Source: a virus
Lineage: Duplodnaviria; Caudoviricetes
DNA length: 64,000 nucleotides
Strand: one strand, 5' to 3'
Virus record (IMG/VR): IMGVR_UViG_3300027759_000001
In this document: positions 1 through 10,189 of the stretch, in pieces
Numbering within the stretch: position 1 is the first letter of the stretch
How the letters are laid out: every line of letters begins with the position of its first letter
Program-made: the position numbers and the translations under genes
Notes under the pieces: model-generated
Told to the model about the DNA's origin: nothing
The model's database searches: none
The model's input: the letters and a program-made list of their open reading frames with translations, nothing else

Positions 1-2
1 CT

Positions 3-3000
3 TGGGATTTAAGGGAAAATAAATACAGACGACAAGCAATTTTTGGCAGTAATAGTAGTGCATTGAGTGTGGATGTTAAATCATCTACCCAAAATAATGA
101 ACCGATTTATCCTTGGCCTCAAGTTATTAAAGAAACTTTAGGTGATGATAAACAAGAGAAATTTGAAATTGTTTATCCGGGAGACAAATCAATTTCAACC
201 ATGACAAAGGCGTATATTCCTGAAATATGGCCTGAAGTTGAATTTGTTGAGGAATTTATTAAAGGTTATACTGATAGGGTACCTAAAAATCCTGATTATG
301 GTGATGAGTCTAATGTGGTTACAAGACCAAATAGATTAAGTTTAAATGCTCTTGATTTCCCTGTGACAAATGAGGTATTCCAAAACAAAGAAGAGATAAA
401 ATTCTTTTATGAGATTTATGAAAGGATTATGGTTAACACTTATTATTCTAAATTAAATAGACAATCAGGATATGATGCGAGCATCTTTATGGTTGAAGCG
501 GAAGACGAAAAGATTAATATACTTAAGAGTTTAGGTAATGATAATCCATTTTTAACTCAAAAACTAAAACGATACTTAATTGATCAAAATAATTTCTTAA
601 CATTTTTAAGACACATTTCAAATCAAGGAGAAGGTGAAAGTTGGCAAAAATTCATAAGAGGAGAATTCACAATAAATTACCTTAAGAATAAAACTAACGT
701 ACCTTTTGAATTATTTAATCAACAAATTTTAACAAATGAAAGATCTCAACCAAATGTTTCATTAACTGATGAATCAAAAATAATAGACTACATAGGGAAT
801 CAAACCTCTAGTAATGAATTTGATTTTTCTGATATGTACCCTATTACTAATTTTAATTGGTGTAAGAATTATCTTGCGGATGGGGAAGCACTTCAAAATG
901 TTAATTTGGCTTATAACACTAAAGACGTATTATCTTACAATACAACACATAAAACAATTTGTAATTTTAATAACGACGATACTAACGATAAGAAAAGACC
1001 TATAACTAACTTTAACTATAAGGCTGACGTATTTAGTCAAAATATTGACACTTCTAATTTCAAAACATTCTATAATAGTAGAAAAATTGAGGAACAATTC
1101 ACAACTGAAGGTAATTTAAATTACACTAACTATGATGGATTTGTAACCGACACTCAGACAACTTCAATATTGAACACACCTTATTTTATAAATGCAATTC
1201 AAAATGGTGTGTATAATTTTAGATATAAACCAAATGATTTATCATCTTATAAACAAGCTGCATATCTATTCTTAAATAGTTTACCACTAGCAAGTCTTAG
1301 AGAAAAATATAGATCATTTAACGAACCTAATGATTTAAGTTATATCTTATCAACCATTAAAAAATTTGGAGCGGTACATAAATTACCATACGCTTGGGTT
1401 GTTAAATATGGTTCCATATGGCATAGATATAAAACTTGGAATGATACTGGTGTAGATATATTAGATGAGGTTTGGAAAGATTTTGATTATTTAGGTAATT
1501 ATGATCCCGTAACATCAGCATCAACAAAAGTTTATTCTTTGAATATTGAAGGATTACAAAACAATATAGTTTTAGAAAATACAGTAAGTGCAACACCAAA
1601 CTTAGTTGCATATAATTCAACAACTATGAATACAGGGTTTTTCCCTAAGTTGTATGATGATATGAATGTATTCTTACAAGGATTACAATTATTTTCTGGA
1701 GCAACACAATTAAATGGTACTTGTAGTATTGTTGGAACAACATTAGACGTTTATACTATTAATGATAATAACTTGGCTCCTGGCGAAATATTAGCTGGAC
1801 CAACAGTAGATGTTAATACAACTATTGTATCCCAAATAAATGGAACAACAGGAGGTGTTGGTAAATATGTTGTTGATATATCTCAAAATACATCAATATT
1901 AAATGGTACGTGTAATGTTAATGGAACAACAATGGACGTTTTAACGTTTACGGGTGGTACATTATCCGCAGGACAAATTATTTCAGGTCCAACTCTTGCT
2001 CTTGGAACTAAAATTGTTAGTCAAGTGAGTGGTACTACAGGAGGTGTTGGACAATATATTATTGATATAACCCAAACACTTACAGGAGAAAACTTTACTG
2101 TGGTTACACCAAATATTTTTTATGTTACTAATTCAGCAACAGGGGGGTATTCACAAACTGAAATCCAAACATTAATTAATGATGGTAAAATGGTGATGAC
2201 AACAAATTCATCAGGTAAAATTATTGAAATAAGTGGTTTTGATCCTAACGATAATGATAGATCATTAAAAATAACACCTTGGTCAACAATAGTTAAAACT
2301 ACTGAAGGTGATAAATATTTTATAATGCCGTCTTTTGGTTATACAAAAAATCAAACAAAAGACGAGTGTTTTAAAAATAACAAAATGAAAGTAGAGGTTT
2401 CTAGTAATCCTGCGGTCTTTAACGGATCGGTTAGATTATTTTGGGGATCACCAAACTATGGTTATTTTGATAATACTAAAATTACAAAACCAAACCCTGA
2501 TTCATATTTGAAAGAAATATTGTCGGATAAGAAAACACAACAGAATTTTTCATTGAATGGTGATATTACAAAATACGATAAAATATCGGAAATGTTTACA
2601 ACATTTGATACGGAAATATTAGATTACTTTGAACAAGAGTTCTTAAATTTTAGTAGATCAATTTACGATTTTAAGACATTGGTTCCAAGTGATAAAGATG
2701 TTGAAACTGAATCTGAAAGATCATACAAGAACTTTCAATTATTAATGAGAGAATTATTAGTTGTTGAAAAACCATCTACCCTTAATTCCGAGGGGATGAT
2801 TAATTCTGTTATAGAAAAACAAAAAACAAATTTTCAAGGGATACTAACTAATTTCTTAGAATATAATGTTGTATTGAAAATGGGTAACCCATCTATGTTT
2901 GATAGAAGAACATTCTTAACATTCTCCACTAAATTCTTAATTGATCCTGTATCGTATCAAGGGTACAATCAAGGAACAACAGGAAGTTTACCATCAAATG

Positions 3001-5444
3001 GTGGAACCATTACATTGGCTCAATCTAAAACTGCAAACCCTGAAACATGGAAAACGTTGGAGAAATATGTTGGATTTTCTGAAATACCTGAGTTAGTCTA
3101 TTCCGATAATGGGTCATATATTACGGATTTCTTTATTGATTTGAATGTTCAATTTACGGAAAAAAATGTTAAAGATTTTGCTCCGTTGATTATGTTATAT
3201 GCAACTCAGAAACTTAATAATTTCAAAGTTCCAACAAATAACGTTGTGATACCAAATCCTGTACCTACACCCGTACCAAGTCCTCAAACACCTGGTGATT
3301 TATTAACTACAGTAACACTTAAAGATACTAAAACAATTTCCGTATACAAATTTGGACCACAAAAATATGGTGTTTATAAAGATGCAACAGGAACAATTTT
3401 ATTTACAGGACAACCTGTAAGCGCATCATTATACCCATTGAATGCTCCTATTGTTGATGCGATTATTATAAGTCAATACCCCCCTACAGGTTTATCATCA
3501 AACCCTAATGATCCTCAATTTATTGTTAGTACTGTTAATGTAACTACTTCACAAGTAACAACAACTACGACAACTCTTCCTATTGTACAAAATTTAGGTA
3601 ATAGTGTAGATGGTGTTAAGTTTTATGGTCTTATGGATGAATACCTTGATAAATCAGAAACTTATTTAAAAAATGTTATTTCTAATTTAATGACAGGTGT
3701 ACGAGCTGGCTTACCAAATATTACAATAGAAGGTGATAAAGGTAATAAGTCACAACTTGAGGGAGAACAAACAAGAGTTGAGATGTGGGAAACATTCAAA
3801 GCGTTCAATGATACATGGGTTGCCGGTGGTGACTTTAAATCAAAAACAATGTTTGAAGATGTTTTATTATTTGATAGGGCAAGTAGAGACGTTGGACAAA
3901 AAGTTTATGTTGACATCTTCAAAATTAAAGATTTAATTGAAGGTTCATTATACAAAAATAATATGTTAGATATTGTATCAACAATATTATCACAAAATAA
4001 TTTTACTTATTTCCCATTACCAGCTTACGCTAATTTCTATAACGCACAAGACGCAGAAAAAAATCCTGTACCAAGAAGTGAAGGATCAACTGAATTTGCT
4101 AACTCATTTTGGGGTACGTTCTTAAATGTGGATTATAGAAATACATCACCTAAGTTTTTATGTTATTATGCAAACAAACCTAGTCAGTATGTGGATATGA
4201 AGGACAATGTTGATTATAGATTTAGAGACGATGCGTTTGACCTTAGACGAGCAAGTGATAACCCATTAGTTGAGAGTCAATCTAACAAAAAGAATTGGGA
4301 TAAATCAAATAAGGTAGTTGGATTTAATATTGATATTAGTAATCAAAATCAACAAATATTTAAAAACTTTAGTGTTGGTCAAGATGTTGGAAAACCTACC
4401 GCAGAATCTTTGGAAATGTTAAATCAAATGGCAAATCAAAGTAGAAACAGAAGTACAGGATCTCAAAATGTATCTTTATATAACTTATATAGAAATAGAA
4501 GTTACGAATGTTCTGTTGATATGTTGGGTAATGCACTTATACAACCAATGATGTATTTTAATGTAAGAAACATACCTATGTTCTCAGGTCCATATATGAT
4601 TACTTCAGTAAGTCATAATATTAGTGATGGTGAATTTAGTACAACATTTAAAGGTACAAGACAACCTTTTTATAGTTTACCTAAAATTGATAGTTTTATA
4701 CAATCTTTAAGTTTGGACATAATATCTAAATTACAGGAACAAGTAAAAGCAAATGAGGAGAAATCTAAATCATCACCTGAAAACGTAATATTCCAAAAAA
4801 ATAATGTGGTTTCAAATGTAACTGGTACTGATACAATAACTAAAAATCAAGATTGTTCTGATAAAATTAATAGTGGTTATGTTGGATATACACCATTAGA
4901 TAATCCAACATCAACTCAAATATCATATAAGGACTTTAAAAAACTACTTGGAGATAGAATTGTCGCAAGTGGAATACCAAAAGAAACCACAAGTAATGGG
5001 GTGACAAAACTTACGGATAATTTTATAAATTTATCTTATTATTTATTCTCATTTATTTATTTAGACTCGGCATCATCAAGTGGAATGAAAGCTTATGAGA
5101 ATAATTATAGTACAATTAATTTAACTGAAACTTATGGGGCGGTACTTGCCACAACAACTAATAAAAAGTACTATTGTCTTTCAAGAGGTACTAATTTAAA
5201 CATACCAATTGTGTCATTTATATCTGCTGAAAAATTTGTGGATTTTGCAATTTCTAAATTTAAAGATAAATTATCTTTAATTAATACAAATCTTACTGCT
5301 CAAGAGGATATTGTTAAATTGTATGTTACAAAGTATCCAAGTACTCAACCTGATAATGTTTATACTGAAATGACAGAACAAGATAAAAATACATTACAAA
5401 ATAAAGTAAAACAGGCAATAGATATATATAACTCATTAAATTAA
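3..5444 (+). CDS. Large virion structural protein, baseplate hub (gp27/gpD-like) region near the C-terminus; 5'-truncated
   Basis: Frame is open from the window edge (WDLRENKYRRQAIFG...), so the TTG at 63 is not the true start. YECSVDMLGNALIQPMMYF...SGPYMITSVSHNISDGEFSTTFKGTR resembles the C-terminal beta-barrel of hub/late-control-D proteins. Confidence 0.6.
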   Translation, partial: WDLRENKYRRQAIFGSNSSALSVDVKSSTQNNEPIYPWPQVIKETLGDDKQEKFEIVYPGDKSISTMTKAYIPEIWPEVEFVEEFIKGYTDRVPKNPDYGDESNVVTRPNRLSLNALDFPVTNEVFQNKEEIKFFYEIYERIMVNTYYSKLNRQSGYDASIFMVEAEDEKINILKSLGNDNPFLTQKLKRYLIDQNNFLTFLRHISNQGEGESWQKFIRGEFTINYLKNKTNVPFELFNQQILTNERSQPNVSLTDESKIIDYIGNQTSSNEFDFSDMYPITNFNWCKNYLADGEALQNVNLAYNTKDVLSYNTTHKTICNFNNDDTNDKKRPITNFNYKADVFSQNIDTSNFKTFYNSRKIEEQFTTEGNLNYTNYDGFVTDTQTTSILNTPYFINAIQNGVYNFRYKPNDLSSYKQAAYLFLNSLPLASLREKYRSFNEPNDLSYILSTIKKFGAVHKLPYAWVVKYGSIWHRYKTWNDTGVDILDEVWKDFDYLGNYDPVTSASTKVYSLNIEGLQNNIVLENTVSATPNLVAYNSTTMNTGFFPKLYDDMNVFLQGLQLFSGATQLNGTCSIVGTTLDVYTINDNNLAPGEILAGPTVDVNTTIVSQINGTTGGVGKYVVDISQNTSILNGTCNVNGTTMDVLTFTGGTLSAGQIISGPTLALGTKIVSQVSGTTGGVGQYIIDITQTLTGENFTVVTPNIFYVTNSATGGYSQTEIQTLINDGKMVMTTNSSGKIIEISGFDPNDNDRSLKITPWSTIVKTTEGDKYFIMPSFGYTKNQTKDECFKNNKMKVEVSSNPAVFNGSVRLFWGSPNYGYFDNTKITKPNPDSYLKEILSDKKTQQNFSLNGDITKYDKISEMFTTFDTEILDYFEQEFLNFSRSIYDFKTLVPSDKDVETESERSYKNFQLLMRELLVVEKPSTLNSEGMINSVIEKQKTNFQGILTNFLEYNVVLKMGNPSMFDRRTFLTFSTKFLIDPVSYQGYNQGTTGSLPSNGGTITLAQSKTANPETWKTLEKYVGFSEIPELVYSDNGSYITDFFIDLNVQFTEKNVKDFAPLIMLYATQKLNNFKVPTNNVVIPNPVPTPVPSPQTPGDLLTTVTLKDTKTISVYKFGPQKYGVYKDATGTILFTGQPVSASLYPLNAPIVDAIIISQYPPTGLSSNPNDPQFIVSTVNVTTSQVTTTTTTLPIVQNLGNSVDGVKFYGLMDEYLDKSETYLKNVISNLMTGVRAGLPNITIEGDKGNKSQLEGEQTRVEMWETFKAFNDTWVAGGDFKSKTMFEDVLLFDRASRDVGQKVYVDIFKIKDLIEGSLYKNNMLDIVSTILSQNNFTYFPLPAYANFYNAQDAEKNPVPRSEGSTEFANSFWGTFLNVDYRNTSPKFLCYYANKPSQYVDMKDNVDYRFRDDAFDLRRASDNPLVESQSNKKNWDKSNKVVGFNIDISNQNQQIFKNFSVGQDVGKPTAESLEMLNQMANQSRNRSTGSQNVSLYNLYRNRSYECSVDMLGNALIQPMMYFNVRNIPMFSGPYMITSVSHNISDGEFSTTFKGTRQPFYSLPKIDSFIQSLSLDIISKLQEQVKANEEKSKSSPENVIFQKNNVVSNVTGTDTITKNQDCSDKINSGYVGYTPLDNPTSTQISYKDFKKLLGDRIVASGIPKETTSNGVTKLTDNFINLSYYLFSFIYLDSASSSGMKAYENNYSTINLTETYGAVLATTTNKKYYCLSRGTNLNIPIVSFISAEKFVDFAISKFKDKLSLINTNLTAQEDIVKLYVTKYPSTQPDNVYTEMTEQDKNTLQNKVKQAIDIYNSLN

Positions 5445-5462
5445 TTTTATTGAATAACTAGA

Positions 5463-5470
5463 TATTTATA
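5463..5470 (+). promoter_or_regulatory. Putative late promoter TATTTATA
   Basis: Recurrent TATTTAT motif, 13 nt upstream of ATG 5484. Confidence 0.6.
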
Positions 5471-5483
5471 AATAAAAACAATT

Positions 5484-5708
5484 ATGGATACAAAATTAAT
5501 TTTAGACAACTACTTGGGTAAAAACACAAGAGTGTCAGAGAAAGATAAAGGTAATGGGTACAAAGAAGTTTGTGACTTAGATACTGGAGATTGTTATACG
5601 CTTAGAATAAAAGACGGATTAATTGAGAGAGTTGATAATACTATGAACACATTCAAAAAAATCCAAGTTGAAACTAAAACAGGAATTAAACAATTATTAA
5701 ACGGATAA
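5484..5708 (+). CDS. Hypothetical protein (74 aa)
   Basis: Clean ORF following a TATTTAT motif. Confidence 0.8.
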   Translation: MDTKLILDNYLGKNTRVSEKDKGNGYKEVCDLDTGDCYTLRIKDGLIERVDNTMNTFKKIQVETKTGIKQLLNG

Positions 5709-5710
5709 CC

Positions 5711-6400
5711 ATGGCAATAGATAAAAAAATATTAAAAGAAATAAGTAGATTTAATTCTATTAACAAATACATAAGTGAACAAGTTGATCCTGCATTAGAC
5801 CCAGCGTTGGCACCACCTGCGGATCCTGCTTTAGCACCTGATCCTGCCGCTGGAGCTCCACCTGTTGATCCTAATGCACCTGTTGATCCTAATGCTGCAC
5901 CCGCAGACCCTAACGCAGTTGCTCCAATTCCACCGGCAGCACCTGTTGATATTGCAACCGATCCTGAGGTAGAAGAACTTGGTGCTGAGGGAGAAGAAGA
6001 AGAAAACAAAGAAGAATTGGATGTTACAGATTTAGTTGCAAGTCAAAAAAATATGGAACAAAAACAAGAAGAATATTTTGATAACCTATTCGCTCAACTA
6101 AAAACTCTTGAGGAAAAATTAGGTGAAATGGATGGTTTGGTAACAACCATAAATAACTTAGAAACTAAGTTTGATAAATTTAGACCAAAAACACCACAAG
6201 AAAAATTAGAACTAAGAAGTTTAGATTCAGGACCTTTTAACCAAAAATTATCTGATTTCTTTCAAGACAAAGAACCTGATATGGAAAAATCGGGTAAAAA
6301 TGAATATGTGTTAACAACTGATGATGCTAATAATTACTCAACAAATGATGTTGAAACTTCATTTAATGATTACGACGACGAAGACACAAATATGATGTAA
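5711..6400 (+). CDS. Pro/Ala-rich acidic coiled-coil protein, possible head scaffold/internal protein
   Basis: DPALAP/DPNAP low-complexity linker, acidic tract, coiled coil; N-terminal KKILKE...ISEQ. Confidence 0.5.
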   Translation: MAIDKKILKEISRFNSINKYISEQVDPALDPALAPPADPALAPDPAAGAPPVDPNAPVDPNAAPADPNAVAPIPPAAPVDIATDPEVEELGAEGEEEENKEELDVTDLVASQKNMEQKQEEYFDNLFAQLKTLEEKLGEMDGLVTTINNLETKFDKFRPKTPQEKLELRSLDSGPFNQKLSDFFQDKEPDMEKSGKNEYVLTTDDANNYSTNDVETSFNDYDDEDTNMM

Positions 6401-6407
6401 TACTTTA

Positions 6408-6442
6408 GAGAGGGACATCAATGTCCCTCTCAAGTTTTTTTT
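6408..6442 (+). terminator. Rho-independent terminator
   Basis: GAGAGGGACA-tcaa-TGTCCCTCTC 10-bp stem followed by aag and T8. Confidence 0.9.
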
Positions 6443-6452
6443 AAATATTTTA

Positions 6453-6481
6453 TTGACTACCCTACTTTTTATAACTATATT
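6453..6481 (+). promoter_or_regulatory. sigma70-type promoter TTGACT-17-TATATT
   Basis: Hexamers at 6453 and 6476, exact 17-nt spacer, upstream of SSB. Confidence 0.75.
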
Positions 6482-6513
6482 TTCTACGTAAACCTTTAAT
6501 AAATATATACAAA

Positions 6514-7377
6514 ATGGCGACAAACAATGTTTTAGATGCAGTTTTGGCTCAGTATGAGAGTTCAAAACAAAGTGGTTCTTCTTCCACTTCAAAATTCACA
6601 CAAGAAGAAAGAATGAAAAAGTATTTCGCAGCAATCCTTAAGGATAACGAAAAACAAGGTCAACGAACAATCCGTATTTTACCTACAACTGATGGATCAT
6701 CTCCTTTTAAGGAAGTTTGGTTTCACGAAATCAATGTTGATGGTAAATGGCAGAAGTTCTATGATCCAGGAAAAAATGACAACGAACGTTCACCTTTGAA
6801 TGAGGTATATGACGAGTTAATGTCAACAGGTCGTGAATCCGACAAACAATTAGCAACACAATACAAAGCACGTAAGTTTTATATTGTTAAAGTAATTGAC
6901 CGTGACCACGAAGAAGATGGTGTTAAATTTTGGAGATTTAAACACAATTACAAACAAGAAGGAATCCTTGACAAAATTATTCCGATTTGGAAAGCAAAAG
7001 GTGATGTTACTGACTCTGATACTGGTCGTGACTTAATCCTTGAACTTACAAAGGCAAAGACTCCAAAAGGAGCAACGTATACGGTTATTCAAACTGTTAT
7101 GTATGACGATCCAGCACCAACACATGAAGATGCTGAACAATCATCAGCATGGGTCAACAATGAGTTGACTTGGGAGGACGTATACTCTAAGAAACCTGTT
7201 GAATATCTTGAATCAATTGCAAGAGGTGAAACTCCACGTTGGGACACTGACGCAGGAAAATACATCTACTCAAATAATCAAGAAGAAGAGATTTCTATGG
7301 GTGGAAGTGTAAAGTCTGAAGTTAAAAAGGCTGATCCTCAGTCTAATCAAGAAGTTGACGAAGATTTACCATTCTAA
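6514..7377 (+). CDS. Single-stranded DNA-binding protein, T4 gp32-like
   Basis: IRILP...PFKEVWFH...RKFYIVKVIDRD...VKFWRF pattern; acidic tail ending DEDLPF. Confidence 0.8.
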   Translation: MATNNVLDAVLAQYESSKQSGSSSTSKFTQEERMKKYFAAILKDNEKQGQRTIRILPTTDGSSPFKEVWFHEINVDGKWQKFYDPGKNDNERSPLNEVYDELMSTGRESDKQLATQYKARKFYIVKVIDRDHEEDGVKFWRFKHNYKQEGILDKIIPIWKAKGDVTDSDTGRDLILELTKAKTPKGATYTVIQTVMYDDPAPTHEDAEQSSAWVNNELTWEDVYSKKPVEYLESIARGETPRWDTDAGKYIYSNNQEEEISMGGSVKSEVKKADPQSNQEVDEDLPF

Positions 7378-7389
7378 TTAAACTTTAAC

Positions 7390-7424
7390 ATGGACACTTG
7401 GAATACTGAGTGTCCATATTTTTT
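7390..7424 (+). terminator. Rho-independent terminator/attenuator after SSB
   Basis: ATGGACACT...AGTGTCCAT stem (extendable by G-U pairs) followed by T6. Confidence 0.8.
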
Positions 7425-7436
7425 AAAATCAAAAAA

Positions 7437-7667
7437 ATGAGCAAAATAGCAGAAAAAATGTATGAGGCATTGTCCTTAAAATATCGTAGTGAAATCGCTG
7501 AGGCGGAAGCAACATTATTAGTTTATTTAACTTCACCTGTCGGTATTGGTGAACACCCACAACATCTTGAAGAAATGGATAAGTTGGTTGAAAAATTCGC
7601 TAATGCACAAGATAAACTTGAGTCATTGGAAAAAATTCGTAAATATAATTCAGTAATTACACAATAA
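7437..7667 (+). CDS. Conserved phage hypothetical protein
   Basis: ATG 7437 preferred over GTG 7410, which lies inside the hairpin. The YLTSPVGIGEHP motif is recalled from T4-like phage hypotheticals. Confidence 0.7.
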   Translation: MSKIAEKMYEALSLKYRSEIAEAEATLLVYLTSPVGIGEHPQHLEEMDKLVEKFANAQDKLESLEKIRKYNSVITQ

Positions 7668-7668
7668 C

Positions 7669-8652
7669 ATGGCGATAAGAAAAAGAGAAATATCTTTAGA
7701 GACAATCAAAGGTAAGTACTCAACAAAAACAAAATACAAACCAGAAAGTTTTTATAATCTTGGGGAGGCTTTTTTGGGGTCATCTGGATTACCGGGACCC
7801 ATTATGGGGGGTATAAATATGTTTTTAGGTCACTCTAATACTTCAAAAACAACGGCAATGATCCTTGCTGCAGCAGACGCTCAAAAAAAAGGACATTTAC
7901 CTATTCTTATTATTACTGAGAAAAAATGGTCTTGGGAACACGCTATTGAATTAGGGTTACAGGCAGAAAAAAACGAACTTGGTGAGTATGATGGTATGTT
8001 TATTTTTAATGATTCGTTTGATGTGATTGAACAAGCAACTGAATTTATTAATGATATTCTTGATGCCCAAGAAAAAGGTGATATTCCTTATAGTTTATTA
8101 TTTTTGTGGGATAGTATCGGTAGTATACCTTGTCAGATGACTTTTGATGGTAAAGGTGGAGGAATGCACAACGCAAAAGTATTAGCGGATAAAATTGGTA
8201 TGGGAATTCATTCAAGAATCTCAAAATCTAAAAAAGAAGAATATCCGTATTACAACACTTTGGTTATTTTAAATCAACCTTGGGTGTTACTTCCTGATAA
8301 TCCATTTGGTCAACCTGAAATCAAAGCTAAAGGTGGTGAAGCGGTATGGTTGGCATCATCATTAGTGTTCTTATTTGGTAATCAGAAAAAGGCAGGTATT
8401 AGTCACATTGATGCGACTAAGAATGGTAGAAAAGTATCGTTTGCAATTAGAACTAAGATTTCAATATTAAAGAATCACGTTAATGGTCTTGGGTATAAAG
8501 ATGGTAAGATCATCGCAGTACCACAAGGTTATATTACAGACACAAAAGAATCTTTGGATAACTATAAGAAAGAATATTCTGATTATTGGGAAACAAAATT
8601 AGGGTATTCAGATTATTCTTTGGATGAATCTGATGATGACTCTGACGAGTAA
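7669..8652 (+). CDS. RecA/UvsX-like recombinase
   Basis: P-loop variant GHSNTSKT, Walker B LLFLWDSIGS, ILNQ, KAKGGEAVWLASSLV, KNHV. Confidence 0.85.
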   Translation: MAIRKREISLETIKGKYSTKTKYKPESFYNLGEAFLGSSGLPGPIMGGINMFLGHSNTSKTTAMILAAADAQKKGHLPILIITEKKWSWEHAIELGLQAEKNELGEYDGMFIFNDSFDVIEQATEFINDILDAQEKGDIPYSLLFLWDSIGSIPCQMTFDGKGGGMHNAKVLADKIGMGIHSRISKSKKEEYPYYNTLVILNQPWVLLPDNPFGQPEIKAKGGEAVWLASSLVFLFGNQKKAGISHIDATKNGRKVSFAIRTKISILKNHVNGLGYKDGKIIAVPQGYITDTKESLDNYKKEYSDYWETKLGYSDYSLDESDDDSDE

Positions 8653-8682
8653 AAAGTATTTCAAACGACTTAAAAATTTTAA

Positions 8683-9693
8683 ATGGTCAAAACATTAATT
8701 GTTGATGGTAACAATTTATTAAAAATAGGATTTCATGGGGTTAAGGATTTTTATAATAATGGGGAACACATTGGTGGGACTTGGTATTTTCTTAACACAA
8801 TTCGTAAATTTTTAGAAGAAACTAATTTTAATAAAGTTATGGTCTTTTGGGATAGTGATACAAACTCATCACAAAGAAAATTAATATATCCAAAATATAA
8901 GATGAATCGTAAATCTTCTCCTAATGATGAGGAGAAGACTGATTCATTTAACAAACAAAAAACAAGGGTTAAACAATATCTTGAAGAGATGTTTATAAGA
9001 CAATTAGAGGTTGAAAATTCGGAAGCGGATGATCTTATTGCCTACTATTGTCAAATCTCTTTAGATGAAGAGAAAACAATATTCTCAAGCGATAAAGACT
9101 TAACTCAATTAATTTCAGAAAAGGTATTAATCTATTCACCAAACTTAAAGTCGTATTATAGATTTGGGGACAACATTAAATTTAAAGATTGTTCTATTCC
9201 CCATTATAATGTTATGACATTTAAGCTCCTTGCTGGTGATACTTCGGATAATATTGACGGAATAAGTTTAATGGGTGAGAAAACTTTAATTAAGTTTTTC
9301 CCTGAAATACTTGATTCAGAGATATCTTTAACTGATATTTTAACAAAGGGTGAGTTATTGTTAAAAGAACAACAAAAAAATGTTGTTTTAGGAAATCTAC
9401 TCAGTGGAAAAACCAAAGAAGGTATTATGGGTGATGATTTTTTTAAAATCAATAAAAAACTCGTAGATTTGTCAGAACCTTTAATTGATGAAGAGGGTAA
9501 AGAAATGGTTAGGGAATATTATTCCGAATCGATGGATCCCGATGGGAGAGGACATAGAAACCTAATTAGAATGATGATGGATGACGGATTCTTCAAATAC
9601 CTACCAAAAGGTGATGACTCTTGGGTTAATTTTTTAAAACCATTTTTAAAATTATCAAGAAAAGAAAAAACAAAATTTAGAAACAAAAAGTAA
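8683..9693 (+). CDS. 5'-3' exonuclease / flap endonuclease (T4 RNase H, PolI N-terminal domain-like)
   Basis: LIVDGNNL, YKMNR, EADDLIA, SSDKDLTQL, LAGDTSDNIDGISLMGEKT. Confidence 0.93.
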   Translation: MVKTLIVDGNNLLKIGFHGVKDFYNNGEHIGGTWYFLNTIRKFLEETNFNKVMVFWDSDTNSSQRKLIYPKYKMNRKSSPNDEEKTDSFNKQKTRVKQYLEEMFIRQLEVENSEADDLIAYYCQISLDEEKTIFSSDKDLTQLISEKVLIYSPNLKSYYRFGDNIKFKDCSIPHYNVMTFKLLAGDTSDNIDGISLMGEKTLIKFFPEILDSEISLTDILTKGELLLKEQQKNVVLGNLLSGKTKEGIMGDDFFKINKKLVDLSEPLIDEEGKEMVREYYSESMDPDGRGHRNLIRMMMDDGFFKYLPKGDDSWVNFLKPFLKLSRKEKTKFRNKK

Positions 9694-9707
9694 AAACAAA
9701 AAAAAAG

Positions 9708-10157
9708 ATGAGAGATCAAGATGTAACAAAAGTTGAATTCCTATTAATGTGTAATGATAACATTGTAGTACAACGTTTTTTTAACGTTAAAGGATTTAAC
9801 AAAAACGCCCACAAATCTGAGGATTTTTATGACCATATGAGTATGGTATGTCGTAAATTAGAATATGATTTGAAAATGCGATCAGTGGTCTATATGTTAG
9901 ACAACAAATATGAAATTTCTGAGAACCCAGAAATTTTAAATACGTCAATTACTGACGGTGATGAAAATTTTAACCTATATATTAAGGTTGGAGACATGAC
10001 AATTTGTCAGAGAAGGTTTGATGCTAAAGTCTATCCACCAAAGGTAAGATATACCGTAGACCTACGCCCAAAGCTAAAAGGTATACTAAACGACCTGACT
10101 GACATTTTTTCAGGCAAAAATTTTAATTATTTTTACCCTGAATTTATCCAAAACTAA
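9708..10157 (+). CDS. Hypothetical protein in the replication cluster (149 aa)
   Basis: Clean ORF between exonuclease and helicase. Confidence 0.8.
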   Translation: MRDQDVTKVEFLLMCNDNIVVQRFFNVKGFNKNAHKSEDFYDHMSMVCRKLEYDLKMRSVVYMLDNKYEISENPEILNTSITDGDENFNLYIKVGDMTICQRRFDAKVYPPKVRYTVDLRPKLKGILNDLTDIFSGKNFNYFYPEFIQN

Positions 10158-10160
10158 TAG

Positions 10161-10168
10161 TATTTATC
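10161..10168 (+). promoter_or_regulatory. TATTTAT motif upstream of helicase
   Basis: Same motif as before structural genes; 21 nt upstream of ATG 10190. Confidence 0.4.
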
Positions 10169-10189
10169 TTTACTAACAGAAGGAAAATT

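Noticed and set aside
63-65. TTG start of the first ORF
   Set aside because: Frame is open upstream to the window edge; gene is 5'-truncated
5686-6009. Antisense Gly/Ala/Ser ORF
   Set aside because: Mirror of the Pro/Ala-rich sense gene
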